A stretch of DNA of 64,000 nucleotides from Vermamoeba vermiformis (Eukaryota): assembly GCA_045837725.1 (NCBI GenBank), contig JBEWZL010000064.1, forward strand, positions 248,001 to 312,000. The letters run 5' to 3'. Position 1 is the stretch's first letter, and every line of letters starts with the position of its first letter. The notes beneath the pieces are model-generated. The model ran no database searches, was not told the origin of the DNA, and saw only the letters and a program-made list of their open reading frames with translations. Position numbers and translations under genes: made by a program. Below, one piece after another: positions 25,143 to 35,685 of the stretch.

Positions 25143-26537
25143 TTAAGAAGACACGATCATATTTTGCTCTTCATTATTATCGTGTTGATCATTATAATTG
25201 GGTATATTCTCATATTGTTCTCTCAATGCACGACGTTGACGACATTTCAAAATGCCGATCGCGACAGAGGAGGCGAGAAGAAGCAACAATGAGAGTGCTG
25301 CACTCACGATGTACATCCAATATGACTCGATGAAGGTGGGTGAGGACGTATAATCACCGTATATTTTGGTTGGCGCTAAAGGACAATCAGTGCTTGTACC
25401 AATTTATATTTAATGATAATTACTTACGATAAAGTGCGACCGAAACGTAATTATTCTTCCACGTGGAACTTCTTGCCAATTCAACAGAGACAATAAATGA
25501 AACGTTTTGAGGAAGATCTTGAAGCAAAATTGTTCTCATCGTTACTGTCGAGTAATTGAAGGTCAGTATCATTCATAGTTAGCTATATGGAAGGTCGTAC
25601 CATGCGAACTCGAAAAGTCAATGGAAAATGAATAGTCTTTGGCAGTGGTTGGCGCATCCAGACCGCGCGTGCACGACTTGCTTCCGATCTGACGGAATGT
25701 GATGCTTTTAAGCGCATCCGAGATCAATGTCTTGGCGTTATAGTTGGCATTAACTCGCAAATAGAGCTTTGAGTCGTTTTTTGGTGCTTTCCATTGAGCG
25801 TAGTACACGCATATTTCTTGATCTGAATTTTCCGAACTACAACTGCTATGCGAGAGTTGCCAGCTAAGTCCAACGATGATATCTGGCAGATGATTCCCTT
25901 GGCTTGTGGTTACTCGAAATGTGCCCGTTTGAGAGTTGGTCCACGCTTCAGGAAAATTGACATCGAAGTTGTGATTCACCATCAAAAAGCATGGATCTGC
26001 TTGCAGTGAGCAATAAGTTAAGGGAGAGTAGATGGCTTACCAACTATTTTTTCTAACTGGAATGATTTTGTACTGAATACTGGCCCATCATAGACGACTC
26101 CAGGCATTGGCACCTAAAAACGTAATCAAAGTCAAAAATCATAAGAATTATTATTTAAATAAACACTAGCTAGCGCGTGCATGAATTGTTCTCGTAATAA
26201 GTAATCAAAAAAACGAAAAAACGCAAATTCAATCAATTTTTTTTAATAAAATAAGTATACCGATGGCATAATACCAGTGTTAATAAAATTAACGTACCGT
26301 ATAGTTTTTAAAATTTGGCTGGTTGTACGTTTGTAACAAGGCAGGCCCGAGATTGAAAAAAGAACCGTTGTTTAGTGACACTTGCACAGTGAATGAGGGA
26401 ATTCTGTCGGGATAAAAATAGTTGTAGGGATCGTAAGGAGGAATAGTCAAGTTTTGGGTCGCTGAGAATGGCCAAGTCCGTCCAAAGCTGACATCCAGCA
26501 TTGACAGACTCGCGATGAGTATTAATATCCTGCGCAT
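25143..26537 (-). CDS. Orphan type-I membrane glycoprotein, family copy 1 (5 exons)
   Basis: Signal peptide MRRILILIASLSMLDVSFG; family blocks PFSATQNL, GPALLQTY, FPEAWTN, QIGSKSC, KDYSFSIDFS; TM then RRALREQYENIP. Confidence 0.8.
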
Positions 26538-26545
26538 CAATAAAT

Positions 26546-26990
26546 AGCGCTAAATATCTATTGTTGTGCGCATCATATAAGATAAACTTGATTATGTCAA
26601 ACGGTAGGAAAAAAGTGCCGTAAAAACTTCCCATGATTTTGCTACCAAGGAATTCTACACAATCTAGAAATATGGCATTGTTATGTCGGTCCTTCCCAAT
26701 TATGTACGGACATTGTATTTGTTTGCCGATTAGGATAGCTCCATTCTCTTGTTGCGAACTCGGCGTCAATTCTTGCAGATACAGATCAACCAATAGCACC
26801 AATAGCACTTTTACATGTCGGATCAATTGGAGGTAACGATAAGTATGCTTAGCACCTTGTAACATCATCATGTACATAAATACTATAATAATCGCCCTCT
26901 GCACAAAAGCACGCCTTGAAATCGATAAAGAACGCACTGCCTCCAAGGTACGAGTGCAGCGCTCGATTTATATTTTAAAACAAATAGACC
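26546..26990 (-). pseudogene. Possible decayed paralog of the multi-TM gene at 29075-30530
   Basis: Short shared blocks (cctccaaggtacgag vs cctccaaagtacgag at ~30373; tactataa) and hydrophobic translation; similarity otherwise weak. Confidence 0.3.
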
Positions 26991-27018
26991 AGCCGATAAT
27001 TGTCAACACATAGACTGC

Positions 27019-28699
27019 TTAGCTGGTCATGGGAAAAGAACCGGTAAAAGAGCAACCGTTGTTATCAGTGACAGTGATCGTATTGGGGCCGGTGGCAGTG
27101 ACTTCGAAAGGACCATTGCTACCGGTTAACTCACTAGTGTTGGAGTCCCAAGAGGCATCATCTTCGAGGAAATTAATATTCATATTATTATTGAAAGACC
27201 AATGTTGGGCGACTTACTGATAACGGCAGTGAAAGGTGTTCTCTTGACGATACAACCACTCCACCAGCTTTCAAGAACGTAGCTACCAGCTTGAGTTAAA
27301 GTAACGGATGTGGTCACATTCGAAGCGACAACTTCACCATCAGCGTTGAGTACGCGATGAGTAATGCTTCCAACCAATGTAGTGCCAGTAGTAGAGATGG
27401 CAATCTGAGCCCCAGAGGTGGAGCACTTGTCGGCTTGGGTGACCTCGATCGAAACTTTAGAACCGAACGCGGCAGTACAAGCATCCCAATTCATAATCGA
27501 GGTAATATCATCATTCTCAAGCTCTGTAACAAGAATTAATAACGGACATTATACCAAAAGCATATTTTTAAAGAGGATCGAGACTGGTGGAGCAAAGATG
27601 CCGATCTCGATCAGACTTACTTGCGTAGAGCTCAGCAGGGTTTGTATCCACCCACTTGGCAGTGTTTGTGGCTTGACTGATATTCATATTCTGCGAGTAG
27701 ATGTGCATGAAGCCAACCGTCGCACCTAATCCGTTCGAAAGTTAAAATTTGGATTTGGAATCCTGAAGGTGTTTTGGATTAATTACCCGGGGCCAAATCA
27801 AATTCAGAGGTCAGGGCATAGACAGTGCAATCCAAACTGAAAGCATTACTGACTCGGAGTCGCGCATTTTTGCCCATCCAGTTGATCGTTGTTGGGAAGT
27901 AGGTAATAGCTCTGCCTTGGTCAATGTCGGAGCTTAATTTGGAACACAGTTAGTAAGAGAACAAAATATAGGGCTTTTCCTTACAAAATGCCGAATCGCT
28001 CGCTACCGCCTGCATTGATGAACATAGCGGAAGGATTATGGTAGGCACTTGCTGTATAATACATGCGCAGCGTCTTGCCTCCAGGATTATGGATGTAGTG
28101 AATGACACGGGCCCAGTTAGCGGTCGGAGCTGCAATTAACCGTCCGTTAGTCTTTGGATTTAAATCCATTAATGGTACGTACCAGATGGAACGTAAACCT
28201 TCTGCCAGAACGTCAAATTATAAGCAGGCGGAAGAAGGTCATCCCACCAAGAAGTGGAGCTCATCATGACGCCAGGACCATCGATGAAAGTTTCGTTATC
28301 GTTTCCGCACATGCGAACTTCTTTGTTAGTGTTGCTACTGCCATCATAATTGTTGTTCCATTCCCATCCGTTAAAACCTGGAGCAGGAAGATTCCAGAAC
28401 ATGCCAAAATCGTTGTCAGTATCAAAAGTCGGTGTGCGACCACCATTGCCAGAGTTGTACTTTCGGGATTTCCATGGCCAGGAGAAGCCTTCGTAGCTGT
28501 TAACAGCATTTATTTGATTGCCAGTAATATCGGTGAAGTTGTACGAGAATGGGCCGAATGCCTGACCGTTGACAAAGACCGGATCAGAAAATTGACCGCT
28601 CTCTGGATTTAATCCGTTGACTAAGTCATAGCATTGCTCAAACTGCGCAAACACTGCGCTAAGTCCTACAAGCAACAATAATATTTGAATTGTGGTCAT
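27019..28699 (-). CDS. Secreted beta-rich protein with C-terminal SprB-repeat-like motifs, multi-exon
   Basis: Signal peptide MTTIQILLLLVGLSAVFA; W/N/G-rich N-terminal domain; LTQAGSYVL and ITVTDNNGC near the C-terminus. Confidence 0.72.
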
Positions 28700-28811
28700 C
28701 GTTGTACGATTTTGGTGAAGATAAAAAAAAAATTTTGTTTGCCGACAAAGTTAAAAAAAAACGGCCGTGGTCTTTTTTTAGGAGCCACGTGCCTGTTTTT
28801 AATCTTTACCG

Positions 28812-28990
28812 CATCCAGACTCCGCATGCACAACTTGCTTCCGAGTTGACGGAATGTGATGCGTTTAAGCGCAAACGAGATCAATGACTCGTAAAAATAG
28901 AGTTTTGAGTCGTTTGTTATTTCTGAAAATTCAGATCAAGCTCAACAAATATGAATAGCAAACATTCCATTGAGCTTAGGACAACGACTG
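28812..28990 (-). pseudogene. Relic of the type-I membrane family, closest to copy 1
   Basis: gcatccagac...acttgcttccga...gacggaatgtgatgc...taagcgca...gagatcaatg aligns to 25653-25730, with deletions downstream. Confidence 0.8.
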
Positions 28991-29074
28991 TAATTTTCGC
29001 CGCATCTTTTCGCTGGACGGATTGCTTACTATGTCGAACATTCATTTTTTTACGATCCTAAATCTATCACTTTT

Positions 29075-30530
29075 TTATCTCGAAGCAAACTTTACATGAT
29101 GATAAGTGATCGCCACTAACAAGGGCAGTATAAACAAGCCGTTGATCAAAAAGATTGGATTGTTGACGGCGGTGAATGTCGCAGCCATAATTAAAGGCCC
29201 AACAAACACAACCACCAAGAACACGAGCCACTGCACCCACGCCTTGTTCTTCCAGTAGTCCGTCACTTTGATGATAGCACTGCGAATGGACGGTTGAAGA
29301 GCGACTGTCGAACCAATCGTGAGCACGGTGGTCAAGATCCAGGTTGAAAATGAATACTCTTCGATGGTCACTGTCTTTGTATTCAAGTTACGTCGTTCAT
29401 AGTGAAGTTTGAACGAGTAGGCTGGCTCGAACGGTCTCTCGTGTGACACGGAGATGATGCTGTCGCACTCGGGCCACACCGGCTGCTTGCTCGGACTGGC
29501 CGTGGAATTGAGTTCGCGCGTCTCGAGTTGCACGGGATTAATGTGCATTTGAAAGGGCGGCTGTGCTGACAAAGACAAGAACGCCAAGGCCTGGCTGTTG
29601 ACTGTCTTAATGAGTGTGACATCAGTCGAGAACACAGGCACTGTCGCATCCGAAGCAGTTTGTTTCAGTGTCACTTTTTGAATCGTGTCGCTGAACACAC
29701 CTGCTGGCGGGTAGGCGGAGAGAGGCGGCGAGATGGGTGCGTACAGACTCACGGTGTAGGGAGAAGCTGGCCTGTAATACCGCTGCGTGCATATAGTCGC
29801 ATAGTAGTCGCACGAGTCTTCAATGCTGCTGAGTTTGAGCGAATAAGCGGCTGTAGCATTGGCGAAAATGCAAGTTGAGGAGCGAGAATAATCGCCGCAT
29901 GTTTCGGTGTATACAATAGCCACGTTGGATGAGCCAGTATATGTTGACACGAGTCCTATTTCTACGTCAGGACGGTAGTAAGATCTGTAATCCAGCTCGA
30001 CGTCATTTTGAATTCCAACAATTGTTCCACTGGCGAAGTAATTGGTGTTAAATGCAATGATGGTGAGTATGATAGCAGCTGTAATGATAATAATCGTTGC
30101 TACTCCACCACTCAGTCGTTTTGATTCTTTCTTTTCATCCTCGTCCAGTGCTTTGATAGTCGGCGTGATATCGATTGCAATAATCAAGTTGCGTATTCGT
30201 GGTATAGGTAGTAATATGAGGGATATAATACATTGTGCCAGCAGCAGCGTGGCGAAGATTGTGTAAGTCGTGATATCTTGGATGCGGTCTTGAATTGTGT
30301 TAATCTCATCGAGCCCTAAATATACTATAAATATCTGCATATATTGTGCTTATTTCGAAATAATGATATGGGCCTCCAAAGTACGAGGATCGTAATTTTG
30401 AAAAAACGAAATCGTATCACCTCTATCTTTATAGGCTTTAAACTCTGTATAAATAAATAACAATATTTATATAAATTAACTGACCTGTACGAGGCGAGAA
30501 TACCGGACAGAATTCGTTTGTTGTTGACAT
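29075..30530 (-). CDS. Orphan multi-pass membrane protein with large Cys/Tyr-rich loop (3 exons)
   Basis: MSTTNEFCPV exon splices in phase via two introns into the 421-aa ORF; 2 N-terminal and about 3 C-terminal TM segments. Confidence 0.7.
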
Positions 30531-30831
30531 TTCAAACGTTCAATCCGATCCAATCCGGCACAGTGCTTCAGCAATTTATAGTAGGTTAAGTACTATTTGA
30601 CGTTATTTGGTAGTGGACCAAGTAGTGGTCCACTGTTCATTTGTGGTGCGAAACAAAAGAAAAAGCAACGTACCTTTCGCTGGTGGAAATTCAGGAAGAA
30701 ACATAGAACCCTTAGAAGGACACCAATATACACGCTGTAGAAGTATCTCTTATTGTAGTGGCCGATGACAGTTTATTCATTAGCAGTACGAGCAGTGGTC
30801 GCAAAAACAAAAATTATATTGCATGGCAGTA

Positions 30832-32160
30832 TTAATACTTATTTTCAGTAAGTAAGGCACCTTGATCGATACCTTCATCGGGTATATTCTCGTATTGTTC
30901 TCTCAATGCTCGACGTTGCCGCCGTTTCAAAATGCGGATGGCGACGGATGCGGCTAAGAGCAGCAACAACGAGAGTGATGAACTCCATATAAATGGATAT
31001 ACATTTTCAAACACACCTCTAATGTAGATGTTCGGTGGCCATTTAACTCGAGGTCCTTCGAGGTTAAAAACTGTCAGCCCAAGTACGCGTACTCTTTCTA
31101 ACTTAAATACAGGGTACTTACGTTGCAAAGAGAACCCCACAACCACCCCATCTTGACCTTTTCGTTCGTACGAAATGATGAACGATACATTTTGCGGCAC
31201 GTCGCGTAACACGATCGTTCTGTGCGGTTCTGAGGGGTACAGAGTTAGTGAGTCCTGTTTGTGCTGGTAGTATTGAAGTGCTTACCGTGACTATTCGAAA
31301 AGTCAATGGTGAACGAGTAGTCTTTGTCGGTGCTAGGCTCGTGAAGGCCCATTTTGCACGAGGCACTTCCGATCTGACGAAATGTCATGCTTTTGAGCGA
31401 GGCCGAGAGCGGGGACTTGTTCCGCGCAGTATGAACTACCAAGAATAGCGTGCCAGTACGAGATTTATCGGAGATTTCGCGATCTGGTTGTGCATCCCAG
31501 CGAAAATAATTACTGCACTCCAAGTCTGGCCAAAGGCTGCAGCCTTCACCTGGCCACCAGAGTGACTGACTCCCTCCTTCACGGATTGACATCATAGCAA
31601 CTTCCGATTTGTTGATGTACACCGAGCCACTTTGTGCATTTGTCCACGCTTCAGGAAAATCAATAGCGAAATTGTGTGTCACATCCGTGAGACATGGATC
31701 TGCTTCCGGAGTTAGTGAGCAAGTTTGATGTGTTTCGATACATACCGACTACCTTATATAATGCGAATGATTTGGAGTCGAATGAGGGGCCATCATAAAC
31801 AACTTCTGGCATTGAAATCTGAAAATTGAAAAAAACGGAATTAAACCTTTCGAAATATTTTCTTAAAATTAATTATCATAAGTAATCTAACAGCTTAAAC
31901 GGCGCACTTACGCTATAATTTAAATATCTATTGTCACGGTACGTCCGAAATAATGCTGGTCCGAGATGAAAAGTGGATCCGTTATACAAATGAACGTTAA
32001 GTTCAAAGGTTGCTATTTTTGGGGTAGAATATGTCTCATAAGGCTCGTAGGGTTGCACTGTTAGGTTTTGAGAGGCGGAGAAAGGAAGATTAGCAGAGGA
32101 GCATACATCCGCGGTCGCCAAACTTGCTATCGCAACAAATAAAAGCCATACTTTGAGCAT
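30832..32160 (-). CDS. Orphan type-I membrane glycoprotein, family copy 2
   Basis: Signal peptide, same conserved blocks and intron positions, tail RRALREQYENIPDEGIDQGALL. Confidence 0.8.
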
Positions 32161-32273
32161 AGTATTAAATATTACTATTGTTGTATTGCTTTCTTTAAAA
32201 ATCCTTTATGAAAAAAAATTAAGAACGCAGAGTTTGTACTGGTACAACTTTATCGGCCAAGTCTAATTCGTTT

Positions 32274-33614
32274 CTAATCGTATTCGTTGATCGCTTCATT
32301 GGTGATATTCTCATTATTGTCGTGTTGATGATTATGATTGGGTATATTCTCATATTGTTCTCTCAATGCACGACGTTGACGACATTTCAAAATGCCGATC
32401 GCGACAGAGGAGGCGAGAAGAAGCAACAACGAGAGTGCTGCACTCACGATGTACATCCAATATGACTCGATGAAGGTGGGTGAGTACATATAACCATACT
32501 CATACCGCTCGGTAGGGGCTATTTAAGAAAAATCCATGTTAGACGTAGTTGACGAAGTAAAAATCCATATTAGGACCAAGTAAAAAAATGCATTTTTCAT
32601 AATACTAATGCACGACGCTTACTTCGAAGCCTTAATTCAGCGTATACATCAGTTTTAGGTCCTTGTTCAGTTGAAATGATGAATGAAATGTTTTTTGGCA
32701 GATCGCGCAGCATGATTGTTCTACGTAGTTCTAAAATCCACGAATCAGTTTAATATGCATAGATTTAAGAATATTACCGTGAGTATTTGAAAAGTCAATG
32801 GTGAACGAGTAGTCTTTGTTGGTGATTGGTGATTTGAGACCCATTTTGCACGAGGCACTTCCAATGTGACCAAATTTGACTCTTTTGAGCACATCCGAGA
32901 GCGGGAATCTATCGCTATATGCAGTGAAGTCCAAAAATACTGTATTAGAATTGGCCTCGGTTATTTCGCTATCATTTCGCAGATCCCACCGATAGAAAGA
33001 TCTGCACCCCTTTCCGTTGCAAATTAGCGTTGTAGTGCCCACTGAAATGGGTTTTATATTGTCTGACGATGTTGCGATGCCGAAATAGCCATCTTCTGCA
33101 TTTGTCCACGCATTAGGAAAATCAACAGCGAAATTGTGTGTCACATCCGTGAGACAGGGATCTGCTGTGCCGTTAGAAAACCAGCCGGTTGATGTTATAA
33201 TACATACCAATCATTTTATATAGTTTGAATATTTTAAGGTCGAAAGCAGGCCCATCATAATCCAATTCTGGCAGGGGCATCTAAAATAAAATCGAAAAAA
33301 AGAAATTAATCCTTTCGAAATATTCGTCCTAATTTCTGATATCCAGATAGATGCTATTAACTTACACTATAATTTACATATCTGCCATAGCGGTAAGTCT
33401 GCAACAATGCTGGTCCGGAGTGAAACACGGATCCTCGAACCAAATAAACGTTAACATTAAATGCTGCTATAACTGGAGTACGATAAGCATCATAAGGCGT
33501 ATAAGCATGTATTGACAGGTTTTGAGAAGCAGAGAAGGGGTATGTTACATCACTTCCAAGACACACATCCACAACCGCCAAGCTTGCTACCACCAATAGC
33601 CATAATTTGCGCAT
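32274..33614 (-). CDS. Orphan type-I membrane glycoprotein, family copy 3
   Basis: MRKLWLLVVASLAVVDVCLG; same blocks; intact splice sites. Confidence 0.8.
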
Positions 33615-33952
33615 TGTATTAAACAAAAGGCCACTATCGTGTTGCTCGTTTCGTCATTTTGAAAAAGCTTGCGATTTTTTTAAGTGTCACCTGTCACGTG
33701 ACATCTTGTAATTTTTCTGAAGCTCGTCAATCAAATAAATATTAGTTACGCTGAAACAACCAAAAACAACGATATGCGGCCACAGCTCAGCACTAGGGCA
33801 TTAATCAACTTAAGGTGCGATCGTAAACGATGATTTGGAGCATAGTATTAACTATTACTATTGTTGTATTGCTTGTTGTAAAAATTTATGAAAATAAATT
33901 AAGAACGCAGAGTTTGTACCGCCACAACTTTTCGGCCAGGTCTAATTCGTTT

Positions 33953-35467
33953 CTAATCGTATTCGTTGATCGCTTCGTCGGGTATATTATCATTATTGTC
34001 GTGTTGATCATTATGATTGGGTATATTCTCATATTGTTCTCTCAATGCACGACGTTGACGACATTTCAAAATGCCGATTGCGACAGAGGAGGCGAGAAGA
34101 AGCAACAACGAGAGTGCTGCACTCACGATGTACATCCAATATGACTCGAGGAAGGTGGGTGAGGACGTATAACTATAGTCATATCGCTCGGTAGGGGCTA
34201 TTTAAGAAAAATCCGTATTAGACGTAGTTGACAAGTTTCGCTATCATAGTAAAAAAATGCAGTTTTTCTTAATATTAATGCACGACGCTTACTTCGAAGC
34301 CTGAAATCAGCGTATGCATCACTTTTAGGTCCTTGTTCAGTTGAAATGATGAATGAAATGTTTTTTGGCAGATCGCGCAGCATGATTACTCTAGATATTT
34401 CTAAAATCCACGAATCAGTCTAATACGCACAGATTTAAGAATATTACCGCGAGTATTTGAAAAGTCAATGGTGAACGAGTAGTCTTTGTTGGTGCTGGGC
34501 TCGTCAAGGCCCATTTTGCAACAGGTACTTCCGATCTGACTAAATTTGATGCTTTTGAGCACATCCGAGAGTGGGTAACTTTTTCTATCTCCAGCAGCAA
34601 CGCCCAAAAATACTGTATTAGAATTGGATTCGGTTATTTTGCTATCATTTTGCAGATCCCATCGAAAGTAAGAGCTGCACCCCATCCGGTCGCAGCTGAA
34701 AATTAGCTTTGTAGCGTCCACTGAAATGGGTTTTATATTGTCCCACGATGTTGAGATGCCGAAAGAGCCTTCTTTTGCATTTGTCCAAGCATTAGGAAAA
34801 TCAATAGCAAAATTGTGTGTCACATCCGTGAGACATGGATCTGCTGTGCCGAACCAGCCGGCTGATTTTATAATACTTACCAATCATCTTATATAGTTTG
34901 AATATTTTATAGTCGAAAGCAGGTCCATCATAATCCAATTCTGGCAGAGGTATCAAAATAAAATCGGAAAACAAGAAATTACTGTAAAGTAGAAATAATT
35001 GATAACTGATCAAAAAAAAAGATAATTTCGAAGAAAGCGCAAGAATACTCCGAAAAAGAACAAAAGTGCAAAAAATAGATTAGAGACGACATTATAAAAA
35101 CCACAGCCGGAGGAAAAAAAAAAAGTAATTCCTTTTCACGCGGACGATACTTTCGGTATTACAGTAATCCTTCGGAATATTAGTCGAAATTAGGATATCC
35201 AGATAGATACAATGAACTTACACTATAATTTACATATCTGTCGTTGCGGTAAGTCCGCAACAATGCTGGTCCGGAGTGAAATACTGATCCTCGAACCAAA
35301 TAAACGTTAACACTAAATGCTGCTATAACTGGAGTACGATAGCCATAAGGCGTATAAGCTTCTAATGACATGTTTTGAGTAGCAGAGAACGGATATTGTA
35401 CATAAGTTCCAAGATACACATCCACAACGGCCAAGCTTGCTACCACCAATAGCCATAATTTGCACAT
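33953..35467 (-). CDS. Orphan type-I membrane glycoprotein, family copy 4 (possibly pseudogene: intron-1 acceptor lost)
   Basis: Tandem duplicate of copy 3; acceptor ttttag of copy 3 reads ttttg here. Confidence 0.6.
34982..35164. mobile_element. 183-bp MITE-like insertion (Tc1/mariner-pogo type, TA target-site duplication)
   Basis: TA-CTGTAA...TTACAG-TA; the paralogous intron in copy 3 (~33301-33312, agaaatTAatcc) has the empty site with a single TA. Confidence 0.85.
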
Positions 35468-35685
35468 TGAATTAAATAAATACTACTATCGTATTGCTTG
35501 TTTCGTTATTTTAACAACGAAGCTTGAGATTTTTTTTAAGTGTCACCTGCCACGTGACATCTTGTAATTTTCCTAAAGCATCAATCAATCAAGTGGTATG
35601 AAGTTATTTAATTTCCGCGAGAAGTACAAAAAAATTCACAATGGTGAGGTAAATAAATAAACCGATTGTTGAAGTGGATGTGGCA

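Noticed and set aside
26308-26946. 212-aa ORF as an independent gene
   Set aside because: TTG start, overlaps copy 1 exon 1 out of frame; better explained as a relic plus chance read-through.
30340-30360. In-frame TAA upstream of the 421-aa ORF suggesting a pseudogene
   Set aside because: It falls inside a phase-consistent GT-AG intron (~30317-30383).
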